Origin: a virus
Lineage: Duplodnaviria > Caudoviricetes
IMG/VR virus record: IMGVR_UViG_3300035182_001315
DNA: 64,000 nt
Direction: 5' to 3' (one strand)
In this document: positions 1 through 8,386 of the stretch, piece by piece
Layout: each line of letters starts with the position of its first letter
Position numbering within the stretch: position 1 is the first letter of the stretch
Position numbers and translations under genes: made by a program
The notes under the pieces: model-generated
Seen by the model: the letters and a program-made list of their open reading frames with translations, nothing else
Told to the model about the DNA's origin: nothing
The model's database searches: none

Positions 1-795
1 TTCCTTTTCATCAATTTCGCTTACCTTATTAGCAGCATAAACCAATGCAACCGCCAATGGGTCGAATACAAATATCAGTAGCAAGATGAACCAGTTAACA
101 ACCTTGTCCATCGGCTGGCCAGTTACTCCGGCAAGATATTTCAACGGACCAATTTCTGATGTACCGCTCGCTGTAGTCTTTAATTCAATTGCCTTGTTCG
201 CATATACATTTACTGAGTCAGTCAACGGCGCAATCTTAGCATTCAATTCGTCCACCTCAGTATTCAATGATTGAATTTCTTTGTTGGCAGAGCTGATGTC
301 ATTTCTCGCACGGTTACGGTCAGCGTTTGTTATACCGGCATCCAACCTTGCTTCTTGTGAAGTTCTAAGGGTTGAAAGCTGTTCAATTCTTTTTGTTTTC
401 GTTGCAACGATAGCTTTGTTATCGTCAATGCTTTTCTGAAACAGAGCTTGCTTGGATGTCAATGCACCTTGCTGACCCTCTGACAATTCATACTTTGAAG
501 CTGTCTTCTGGTAAGCGTTTGAAAGGAAGCCATAGATACCGGCAGATGTAATACATACCAATACAATTACAGCGGCAGCAAGGTAGTTCCTGAAGCCTCT
601 TGAAAGTCTTGTCCAGTATCTCTGTAATAATGAAACGACAATAACCTTTGAAAGTTCAAGGGTTGAGGCCATGATTATAACAGCAAGGCTTGCGCCAGCG
701 AATAACTGACTCAAGCCAAATACTGAGAAAAATCCTGCACATCCGGCAACCAATAATGCCGCAAATGTTAATATAAATTTGAAATTCTTTTTCAT
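1..795 (-). CDS. Membrane-anchored coiled-coil protein (3' partial, runs off window start)
   Basis: Manual translation from ATG 795 (overlaps sigma stop, TAATG): MKKNFKFILTFAALLVAGCAGFFSVFGLSQLFAG... It has three N-terminal hydrophobic segments, a coiled coil, then WFILLLIFVFDPLAVALV. No stop before base 1. Confidence 0.8.
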   Translation of the reverse strand, partial: MKKNFKFILTFAALLVAGCAGFFSVFGLSQLFAGASLAVIIMASTLELSKVIVVSLLQRYWTRLSRGFRNYLAAAVIVLVCITSAGIYGFLSNAYQKTASKYELSEGQQGALTSKQALFQKSIDDNKAIVATKTKRIEQLSTLRTSQEARLDAGITNADRNRARNDISSANKEIQSLNTEVDELNAKIAPLTDSVNVYANKAIELKTTASGTSEIGPLKYLAGVTGQPMDKVVNWFILLLIFVFDPLAVALVYAANKVSEIDEKE

Positions 796-1622
796 TATGT
801 GTGTAGCAGGTCATAGAGGCCACCAGCCGCAAAGCGTAGCTTTCTAATCGCTTTTTCTTTTATCTGTCTGATTCTTTCTTTTGTTAGGTTGTATCTTTCA
901 CCGATAGCGTCCAACGTCATTGGCTCGCAATCAGTATTGATACCGAAGTAGTTTTCGATGATGTTTCTTTCTCTCTCATCAAGAATTTCAAGAGCCTTCG
1001 CCAATTCTTCTTTTACCTTCTCATCAATAACCAGCTTGTCGTCTTCTGGTTCTGTAGCAAGAATGTCAATCATCTCATCACCATCTTCATTGATGACATC
1101 ATTCAATGATGTGCATGTAGGGTAAAGGATAAGTTCAACAGCTTCGTTGTTCTTGTCAAGGATTTCTCCGTAGATTGGTTCACGCTCGTTTTCGAACTCG
1201 AACCTTTCGATTTCCTTTTTCAGGTTAGATAATTTTTTGATTACGTTTGGTGGGAGCCTCACGGTTCTTGCATTCTCATTCAAGCCTTGAATAATGGATT
1301 GTTTAATCCACCATACGGCATAAGAGATGAACCTGAATCCCTTCGTGTGGTCAAAACGGGATGCAGCCTTTACCAAGCCGAAGTTCCCTTCTGATATAAG
1401 GTCGCCCAATGGCATGCCTTTGCTCTGGTATTCTTTAGCGATAGATATAACGAACTTCAAGTTCGCATTTACAAGTTTTTCAATAGCAGCACTGCTTCCT
1501 TCTTGGATTTCCTTCGCCAACTGAACTTCTTCGTTCGGTGTCAAAAGTGTTGATTTTCTTACGTCCTTAAAATACTTTGATAAACTGTTTTCCTCATCAA
1601 AATTTACATACTTTTTAGTCAT
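795..1622 (-). CDS. Phage-encoded sigma70-family (RpoD/group 2-like) sigma factor lacking region 1.1
   Basis: Region 1.2 (LSKYFKDVRKSTLLTPNEE), region 2 (NLKFVISIAKEY..DLISEGNFGLVKAASRFDHTKGFRFISYAVWWIKQSI) and region 4 HTH (MTLDAIGERYNLTKERIRQIKEKAIRKL). Confidence 0.95.
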   Translation of the reverse strand: MTKKYVNFDEENSLSKYFKDVRKSTLLTPNEEVQLAKEIQEGSSAAIEKLVNANLKFVISIAKEYQSKGMPLGDLISEGNFGLVKAASRFDHTKGFRFISYAVWWIKQSIIQGLNENARTVRLPPNVIKKLSNLKKEIERFEFENEREPIYGEILDKNNEAVELILYPTCTSLNDVINEDGDEMIDILATEPEDDKLVIDEKVKEELAKALEILDERERNIIENYFGINTDCEPMTLDAIGERYNLTKERIRQIKEKAIRKLRFAAGGLYDLLHT

Positions 1623-1670
1623 TAAATAATTCCATTTCTCTTACTTTTGTTATTGTCTAAAGGACAAGTA

Positions 1671-1698
1671 AATATAAGCATAAAACGCTAAAAGTCAA
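1671..1698 (-). promoter_or_regulatory. TTGACT-N16-TATATT promoter-like site upstream of the sigma gene
   Basis: The same hexamer pair and 16-nt spacer recur at 12356-12383, 17468-17495, 28517-28544, 39726-39753, 40902-40929 and 51334-51361. Confidence 0.6.
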
Positions 1699-1709
1699 GC
1701 GTTTTTGAC

Positions 1710-2225
1710 CTAAATTGCAAGCTTTTTTAGCAATACTAAATCATTGTCTGACAAGGTTTTATTAACCCCTTTTTCAATCAAAACATTCATCAGCGAGTTC
1801 TTCTCAACTGGGGACATTCCGTCCACATCATCTACTGAAATTTGAAACTCTTTTTGCTTTCCCTTTGAACCCTTTACGGTATTTGTAACCGTTGTTGAAC
1901 TGAGTTCCTGTAACAGCTCATCAGACTTTTCCTGAAGTCTTTCTTCATCAAAATCTTTCAGAAAGCCGAACAGCACTTCCATTATTTCTTCCTTTACAAT
2001 ATGAACACCGGAAGATTCTTTACTCAAATCGAATACCAGAAAACTACGGTTGTTCATCTTAAAAAATTCACTCAATTCTGTTGGTTCCATTACTGATTGA
2101 AAGGTGGCGATAACAATGCCTTTTGCGTCAAAGACGGCTGGCCTTGTGTCGGCCACCTTTGAAATCTCAGCATCCACACCTTTCGTATTACCCATAACTA
2201 CAATACAATAGTTCCTAAATTTCAT
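1710..2225 (-). CDS. Hypothetical protein
   Basis: 171-aa ORF on the gene-dense strand, preceded by TATCTTTG (2247-2254). Confidence 0.75.
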   Translation of the reverse strand: MKFRNYCIVVMGNTKGVDAEISKVADTRPAVFDAKGIVIATFQSVMEPTELSEFFKMNNRSFLVFDLSKESSGVHIVKEEIMEVLFGFLKDFDEERLQEKSDELLQELSSTTVTNTVKGSKGKQKEFQISVDDVDGMSPVEKNSLMNVLIEKGVNKTLSDNDLVLLKKLAI

Positions 2226-2262
2226 ACGCTATTCCTTTTATTTTCACAAAGATACACAACTT

Positions 2263-4656
2263 TTATTTCAGAGTTACTTTGGAGATATTATTATCCTTCA
2301 CTACTGTTAAAACATTGTCCGACCAATCCTTCACCACATCATTGTGCGTTATCAAGAATACTATTTCGTACATGCTCTTTATCTTCTCAAACAAAGGCTT
2401 TAGCTTCTCAAGGTTCTCATTGGCAATCTTACCCAAAACCTCATCGAACGTAATAAAGTTCGGCATCGGTAATGTGGATATCTTTCCAAGAACACCCCTC
2501 AACGCAAGGCTTGAAGCTGTCTTCTCAAAACCAGACCCTGACTTCAGGGTCTTAGATACACCGTCCTTCACCAGCAAGAATTGTACGTCATTCTTGTCAT
2601 TAATAAATATCTCGATATCGAAATCACAAACGTCATCCAGAAGCCTTTGAACCTCTGAATTGATAATTGGTAGTACTGACCTGAGAACCAGCTTACTAAT
2701 ACCCTTTTTACCAACCAATTCGATGTAGGTTTTGTAGATTTTTTCAATTTCTTCTTCCTTCTTTATTTGGTCAATTATTTTCAGTTTCATGGCAATACTG
2801 TCACGATGTCCTGTTATTTCATTGGCTACCCTTTCAATCTTCACCGCATACTCATCCCTCGCACGGTTGGCCACCTCAAGGTTGGTCTTCACAATGGCTA
2901 CCTTGGCATCCACAGAGCGGTTAAATTCGATTCCATCCTGATTCAGCTTGTACTTCTTCAGGTCATTCTTCTTGGCCGTAATCTTGTTCCTAAGGGCTCC
3001 AATCTCAACCTCTGCACGGTCCTTATCCAAATCCAAACGGTTCTTCTCGTCAACCCTCTTCTTGGTTTCACTAAGTGTCACCAATTGCGTATCCAAGGCC
3101 AGCCCGTCCTCTTCCAACTGGGCCAAATCCTTCTTATATTGAGCAATGGTTTCCTCATGCTTTTTGATATGCTCTGAGTTATCCACATCATCCAGCTTAC
3201 GGTTACATGAACTGCATATGCCACCGGCAACCAAGTCACCTATGGTTCTGGTAAGCCTTGTGATTTCTGATTTCTTTACCATCACATCAGAAACATTCTT
3301 GTTCTTCTTTTTGGTCAGGTCGAAATGTTTGTCTTCATCAAAAGCAATCTGGCCAATCTCAGCTATCTTCGTTTCGAAGTCAGCCTTCTTTGCCGCCAGA
3401 CCTTTTCCTTCCGTTGTGATGTTTTCAATTTCTGTTTCCAGCTTCGAAGGATTCAACGCCTGAATGGTAACATCAATGGTCATCTTGCTATTCAATAACG
3501 TATCATTCTCATCATTGAGAGTTTGAATAGTAGTCTTGGTAGTTTCAAAATTGGTTTGATGAGAAACCTTCAGGTCAGAAGCCATTTGAATCTTTGCTTC
3601 ATGGTCTTCGATATCATCAGTAAGCGTTACAACGTTATATGAATTTGATTTCTTCTTTTCGTTGAAGGTGTTATACATCTTCCTTGCGATTTCTTCCTTC
3701 TTTTCAATAACTTCAAGACCGATAAGACGTGTAAGTACCTTACCACTTTCAGTTGTGGTTAAACCAATCAGGTCATCCAAGTTCTTTTCCGTTGCCAATA
3801 CCAACATCTCAAAATCTTCTTCAGTGCCAATGGTAGCCTTAAGCCTTGCTGTTGTCTTGATAGCATGCTCATCAGTAAGAAGTTCTTCCGTTCCGTCTGG
3901 AAGAAGACGATAATAACTTACCTTGTTGGTGACATTCCAACCACCGGCTTTCTTCTTGCTGCGGGTCATGTGCCTTTCGATAATGACTTCTTCATTACCG
4001 ATTTCAATCATGCCCTTTACGTTAAGTTCGTTCAGGCCGCTGAAGGTATTAAACACATCTTCATTCTTATCCGTCTTGGTTGTGGTACCGTGTAGCAGGA
4101 ACTTCAACGCATCAATGGTCAGCGTTGTTTTACCGCCTTGGTTAGCTGGTACAGAATTCACCACGGTCAAGCCTCTCAGCTTATTGAATGGAAGGTAATT
4201 ATCTGCACCGAACGACAAAAAGTTATCCACCATAAGCCATTTGATTGACCATGAGTTGAATTCCAATTCTGTCTTGTCCATGTTAAGTTCACCATTCACC
4301 TTGTCATCAAGCTTGATGATACGTTCAAAATCGACCACCTTACCTTCACGCTTTATCCACTCTTGCATGAGCTGGCGCTGATAGTTGAAGTCCATGATGT
4401 TGTCGATGTTGGCTCCGGTGATTTCAACCGTGTTACCAAACTCATCAATCTTCACTGGTATATATAAGACGTTGATGGCGTTCTTTGAAACACCATACTT
4501 CTTAGCGAAGTGAGCTTTGATTTTATTCTTTGCTTCCTTGCTGTAATTTTCAGTTCTATCTTCCCAATGTATCTTAAACTTTGAATACGGGGAGACCATT
4601 ATTTTTTCTTCTTTAGTTTTCACCATAAATGTCTTTTGATTGTGGTATTTCCACAT
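2263..4656 (-). CDS. sbcC: SbcC/Rad50/T4 gp46-like recombination ATPase (true start may be 4626)
   Basis: Walker A variant (NQGGKTT), zinc hook CSSC within a long coiled coil, signature SGSGFE and Walker B FITFDE. Confidence 0.92.
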   Translation of the reverse strand: MWKYHNQKTFMVKTKEEKIMVSPYSKFKIHWEDRTENYSKEAKNKIKAHFAKKYGVSKNAINVLYIPVKIDEFGNTVEITGANIDNIMDFNYQRQLMQEWIKREGKVVDFERIIKLDDKVNGELNMDKTELEFNSWSIKWLMVDNFLSFGADNYLPFNKLRGLTVVNSVPANQGGKTTLTIDALKFLLHGTTTKTDKNEDVFNTFSGLNELNVKGMIEIGNEEVIIERHMTRSKKKAGGWNVTNKVSYYRLLPDGTEELLTDEHAIKTTARLKATIGTEEDFEMLVLATEKNLDDLIGLTTTESGKVLTRLIGLEVIEKKEEIARKMYNTFNEKKKSNSYNVVTLTDDIEDHEAKIQMASDLKVSHQTNFETTKTTIQTLNDENDTLLNSKMTIDVTIQALNPSKLETEIENITTEGKGLAAKKADFETKIAEIGQIAFDEDKHFDLTKKKNKNVSDVMVKKSEITRLTRTIGDLVAGGICSSCNRKLDDVDNSEHIKKHEETIAQYKKDLAQLEEDGLALDTQLVTLSETKKRVDEKNRLDLDKDRAEVEIGALRNKITAKKNDLKKYKLNQDGIEFNRSVDAKVAIVKTNLEVANRARDEYAVKIERVANEITGHRDSIAMKLKIIDQIKKEEEIEKIYKTYIELVGKKGISKLVLRSVLPIINSEVQRLLDDVCDFDIEIFINDKNDVQFLLVKDGVSKTLKSGSGFEKTASSLALRGVLGKISTLPMPNFITFDEVLGKIANENLEKLKPLFEKIKSMYEIVFLITHNDVVKDWSDNVLTVVKDNNISKVTLK

Positions 4657-4876
4657 GCTTTTTATGTGGTTGAGGCTCTGTCACCGGCTCACTTGGTGCT
4701 GGTGTTGGCTCTGCTGCGACTGGCTTTGCCTGTTGATTTACCTGTGGCTCTGTTCCGAATTTTTCAATCGTGAACCCTCTCTTTACCATCTTCGTGATGA
4801 ATTCATCAACGTTGGTAATGGAGTTAGCTCTACAGTAATCCCAGATTTCATCGTTTAACTGCTTAGGCAAATTCAT
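4613..4876 (-). CDS. Hypothetical protein
   Basis: 87-aa ORF overlapping both neighbours in operon style. Confidence 0.65.
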   Translation of the reverse strand: MNLPKQLNDEIWDYCRANSITNVDEFITKMVKRGFTIEKFGTEPQVNQQAKPVAAEPTPAPSEPVTEPQPHKKHVEIPQSKDIYGEN

Positions 4877-5102
4877 CGGTATTGTCTTTAAAGTGTGCTA
4901 TATCTTCCTGTGTTTGGTGGAAGAAGATTATTTCTTTTGAATCTTCGTCAACGTACATCGCAACGATTGGCTTATCAGCACGGTAAACAAGTTGTCTTCC
5001 GTCTTCAGCTTCAAAGTTTCCTACTTCACCATTCATAATGTCATATTCGTCGAATTCTGCTGGAATCTTTTTGAGAAAACCTCTCAGGTCTTTCATTTGC
5101 AT
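4863..5102 (-). CDS. Hypothetical acidic protein
   Basis: 79-aa ORF directly after sbcD. Confidence 0.65.
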   Translation of the reverse strand: MQMKDLRGFLKKIPAEFDEYDIMNGEVGNFEAEDGRQLVYRADKPIVAMYVDEDSKEIIFFHQTQEDIAHFKDNTDEFA

Positions 5103-5105
5103 AGG

Positions 5106-5921
5106 TTATGGATTTACATGTTCCTCAAGATTTTGTTCCATATCATCTAAGGATTTTATCTTGAATTTATACATTGAATATTTGTTCTCAATGTTATGTT
5201 CGGTGAATGTTTTTGTTTCCACATCCCAGATAAGGTATCCGTGGTTAGAAACATTTTCACCGAAGTTTTGTTGAATTAATGAGCTTGGATAAGCTACTTG
5301 AATACCCTTATGGTTGAAGGCTTGTCTCTTGTGAATGTCGCCCATAAGAACCATGTCGCATCCTTCGAAGATTTCAAGACCAGCACCGTGGTCTATTTCG
5401 TAACCGATATCTGTCTTGGCATTAAGTACCGGCGCATGGAATAAACCTACGTAGGTTTTGTCGTTGCCGAACTGGGCTCTGGCTCCGTCGATATCTGGGG
5501 TGGCATTGCCCTCGAAAATGGAATATACACACCAAACAATATTATCATCCAAATAACATTTAGATTCCTTGAAATAGTTTACTTCAGCATCACCAAGGAA
5601 TTGTACCATGGGAGTTATACTATCCATGCGGTCCTTGTTGTTCTCCAGCATATCGTGATTTCCTGCTATAATAATGGATGGAGCGAGCTTTTCAAGCTGT
5701 TTTATGAGCCAAGTGCCGAGCATCAGCTGCTCATTTGAGATGACAATCTTCTGGTGAACAAGGTCACCGGCCAGCACGATTCTGACTTCCTCACGGGCAA
5801 AACCGAGGATTTGGTCAGCAACATCCATTAGAAATTGGTTAAAAAGCTCCCTGTACTCGTCATGGAGTCTGAATGTTCTGATGTGAATATCAGCTAAATG
5901 TATGATTTTTCTTACCGGCAT
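5106..5921 (-). CDS. sbcD: SbcD/Mre11/T4 gp47-like metallophosphoesterase nuclease (start placed at MPVRK)
   Basis: Motifs DIH, GDLVH, GNHD, FHAP and GDIHK; adjacent to sbcC; promoter at 5933-5963. Confidence 0.92.
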   Translation of the reverse strand: MPVRKIIHLADIHIRTFRLHDEYRELFNQFLMDVADQILGFAREEVRIVLAGDLVHQKIVISNEQLMLGTWLIKQLEKLAPSIIIAGNHDMLENNKDRMDSITPMVQFLGDAEVNYFKESKCYLDDNIVWCVYSIFEGNATPDIDGARAQFGNDKTYVGLFHAPVLNAKTDIGYEIDHGAGLEIFEGCDMVLMGDIHKRQAFNHKGIQVAYPSSLIQQNFGENVSNHGYLIWDVETKTFTEHNIENKYSMYKFKIKSLDDMEQNLEEHVNP

Positions 5922-5932
5922 AGGATTTATGA

Positions 5933-5963
5933 CAAAGATACAAAATTCATTGGTTCTTTGCAA
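5933..5963 (-). promoter_or_regulatory. Bacteroidota-type host promoter TTG-N20-TATCTTTG
   Basis: Matches the established Bacteroidota -33 TTTG / -7 TAnnTTTG consensus. Other -7 matches are at 2247-2254, 11614-11621, 51409-51416 and 53502-53509. Confidence 0.7.
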
Positions 5964-5971
5964 TTTTTGAA

Positions 5972-5979
5972 ATATTTAT
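5972..5979 (+). promoter_or_regulatory. ATATTTAT motif (candidate late promoter), 4 nt before ATG 5984
   Basis: Recurs on the coding strand upstream of genes at 17340, 17444, 20456 (GTATTTAT), 31137, 37857, 40896, 41556 and 52489. Confidence 0.6.
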
Positions 5980-5983
5980 TAAT

Positions 5984-6964
5984 ATGAAAATCTGGGAAAT
6001 CGTAAAAGAAGACTTCGAAGGCAAGCAGCCTTTAGAAGAAGACTGGAAAAAAAACCTACTTGTAGCTGCTATTAGCTTAGCCTCTGTATTCGGTTCTGCC
6101 AAGGCTCAACAAGATGCCAAGGGTGGTAGCGATGACGTAAAGGTAGGCCAGCAAGTTAAAGACAGCACAATGAAATTGGACATCAGTAAGTTATTCACTT
6201 CTGGTAAGTACCGTTTCAATGAAAAGGATAACGCTGCAATTCAGCAAAACCTTAGAGAGTTCGGTAAGCAAGTTTTGGCTAACCCAACCTCAGACTTCAC
6301 TATTCAAATCGTTTCAAGTGAATCTCAAGTTCCTAACTATGATGCTGAACCAAGTTCTCCAACCTACCAACAAGCCCTTAAAAAGGGTGATTTGGCAGCT
6401 AAGAGAGCCGAAACAGTTAACGTACTTATGACTGACTTCGCAAACGCATTGAAGAAGCAGGGTGTATTGAAGGGTAACGTTAAGTTCACAGCGCCGGTTG
6501 TTAAGGTTGGTGATGTGCCTTGGCCAAGTGTTGGTCCAGACGGTCAGAAATTGTCTAAGGATGACCAGCAGTACAAGAAGGACCAGTACGTTTACATGAA
6601 CATTCAAATTAAGAAGGGTGCTGGTGGAAATACTGCGAACTATACTCCAAATAGCGACCCATTCGCAGCTTTCGCTGATATGGGAGAAATCGTATACAAT
6701 GGTTCACAAGCTTACGCTATGATTTTCTATCCAACAAGGGATACGAAAGCAGCAACTGACGCTGGTAGCTTGAACACTCAACAGCAAGATGTCTTGTTGA
6801 AGACTGTTAAGGCAAACACACAGTTGAACGGAAAGAAGGACCAGCCGGGAGTTTACACAGGGAATTATGTTATCCCTGTAAAGTGGTGGAATGCTAACGT
6901 TGCAAACAAGAGTCTTACACCGGATAATATCCAGTATATTACTTCACATTTTGCGGCTAAGTAA
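5984..6964 (+). CDS. Putative virion/secreted protein with divergent OmpA-C-like domain
   Basis: Only plus-strand gene. Acidic leader, then signal-like KKNLLVAAISLASVFGSAKAQQ. The segment IQIVSSESQVPN...LAAKRAETV resembles OmpA-like domains. Confidence 0.7.
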   Translation: MKIWEIVKEDFEGKQPLEEDWKKNLLVAAISLASVFGSAKAQQDAKGGSDDVKVGQQVKDSTMKLDISKLFTSGKYRFNEKDNAAIQQNLREFGKQVLANPTSDFTIQIVSSESQVPNYDAEPSSPTYQQALKKGDLAAKRAETVNVLMTDFANALKKQGVLKGNVKFTAPVVKVGDVPWPSVGPDGQKLSKDDQQYKKDQYVYMNIQIKKGAGGNTANYTPNSDPFAAFADMGEIVYNGSQAYAMIFYPTRDTKAATDAGSLNTQQQDVLLKTVKANTQLNGKKDQPGVYTGNYVIPVKWWNANVANKSLTPDNIQYITSHFAAK

Positions 6965-7132
6965 TTAAGCCTTAACCAAATTATTTTTAAGAGTCTTTTT
7001 AATGGCTCGCTCCATCTTGAGCGAGTCATTTTTGTATTGCTCCTGTGGTGTCATAGGTTTAGAGCATGCAGTAGTAGTCATAGACATCAATCCCAGAGCT
7101 GATACTATCAAGATAATCAATAACTTATTCAT
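6965..7132 (-). CDS. Small putative lipoprotein
   Basis: MNKLLIILIVSALGLMSMTTTA-C signal/lipobox-like; TATCTTTA at 7153-7160 upstream. Confidence 0.6.
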   Translation of the reverse strand: MNKLLIILIVSALGLMSMTTTACSKPMTPQEQYKNDSLKMERAIKKTLKNNLVKA

Positions 7133-7185
7133 GATTGTGTGTTTTTGCGAAGTAAAGATACGTAATTTATCCACATTACCAAATA

Positions 7186-7398
7186 TTATTTAATCATTTG
7201 TGTTTTAAAGAATTCTATATCTTTTAATTTCTTGTTAAGCTGGTGTTGGCTGTCCCCGTGCATTTCATTCAAAAATTCATCAGGTACACTACCTTCCATT
7301 TCAGAAATTATCCTTTTCTCCGCCTTCAATGAGTTCTTAAGTTCTTCAACCAGTCTCATGTTCAGACTGATAAACTCACCGCATACAAGGTTCCACAT
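7186..7398 (-). CDS. Hypothetical protein (start uncertain)
   Basis: In-frame ATG at 7398 inside a 14-bp tandem repeat; charged helical sequence. Confidence 0.5.
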   Translation of the reverse strand: MWNLVCGEFISLNMRLVEELKNSLKAEKRIISEMEGSVPDEFLNEMHGDSQHQLNKKLKDIEFFKTQMIK

Positions 7399-7789
7399 AC
7401 AAGGTTCCACATCTTAATATGTTTTTCAGTACTGGGTCTGAAATCTTCATTAAAGTTTTTATTTCTGAACATCTTTGCATCCAAATGAGTTCTGACTCAG
7501 ACATTGCTCTGTTTTCCGTCTCCCAAAACTCATCAAACTGAAAGTTTCCGTCATTCTTCATGCACCAGCTCTTTATGTATGGCTTCAACTCTTTCTTTTC
7601 CATACCAAAGATATGGTACAACTCATCAAAGAAACTATCCATTGGAATGATAGCCCACGTAACGCCATGAGCAACGCTTTTGCGATAGACTCTGTTCTTG
7701 TAATACTTGCTTTGCTCACCGTTTGAATCTCTCATGATAACGGTGAATGAATCGTCAAGATATCTGTGTAGTTGTTTTCTTAATGACAT
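7376..7789 (-). CDS. Hypothetical protein, paralog family member 1
   Basis: Shares motif IFGMEKKELKPYIKSW..K...FQFDEFW with 7961-8386 and 10146-10649. Confidence 0.7.
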   Translation of the reverse strand: MSLRKQLHRYLDDSFTVIMRDSNGEQSKYYKNRVYRKSVAHGVTWAIIPMDSFFDELYHIFGMEKKELKPYIKSWCMKNDGNFQFDEFWETENRAMSESELIWMQRCSEIKTLMKISDPVLKNILRCGTLYVEPCMR

Positions 7790-7790
7790 A

Positions 7791-7973
7791 TTACTCTAAA
7801 TCCGTTAATTTTTCTGCGTCTGGTAATAAATTATAAGTACCCTGAACACGGTTTAATTGGTTATGATAAAACCTTATTTCTTCTCGTTTATTGGCAATCT
7901 GTTTTAGAATTTCCTGATTGGCTCGCTCATCATTATTGACTGAGTTTATAAACATTTTCCTCAACGGGTCCAC
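7791..7973 (-). CDS. Small hypothetical coiled-coil protein
   Basis: 60-aa ORF overlapping the upstream gene. Confidence 0.55.
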   Translation of the reverse strand: MDPLRKMFINSVNNDERANQEILKQIANKREEIRFYHNQLNRVQGTYNLLPDAEKLTDLE

Positions 7974-8386
7974 TCCAGCTCTTCCAATTGAATTCTATAT
8001 ATTTTTAAGGCTTCCTTACTTATCCAATCCCACTTTGTTCTTTCCAATATCTCTCTCTGAATTACAAAACTTTTATTTTTACCCTTCAACCCCTTTTTTA
8101 ATTTGTTAATATCTTTAAGGATAAATGGTACTGGCTTCTTTGTACTCCCAGTAAGATGGTATCTCCAAATACTCTTATGGTCATACCCCTTATAATATTT
8201 TAACATGTAAGTCTTAAAATAAGGTTTGAACTCCTTATTGGTAAGACCGAAAACAGTTATCGTATCTTCGATTACATTTTTAAAGATACGCAATTTCATG
8301 TCAGGTAACACAACACCTTGTTTTATTAAATCATCCTCGAACGGTTTAAATTCATTGATAATATACTTGAATAATAATTTTTTCAT
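7961..8386 (-). CDS. Hypothetical protein, paralog family member 2
   Basis: VFGLTNKEFKPYFKTY..K...YDHKSIWR; AT-rich. Confidence 0.7.
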   Translation of the reverse strand: MKKLLFKYIINEFKPFEDDLIKQGVVLPDMKLRIFKNVIEDTITVFGLTNKEFKPYFKTYMLKYYKGYDHKSIWRYHLTGSTKKPVPFILKDINKLKKGLKGKNKSFVIQREILERTKWDWISKEALKIYRIQLEELEWTR

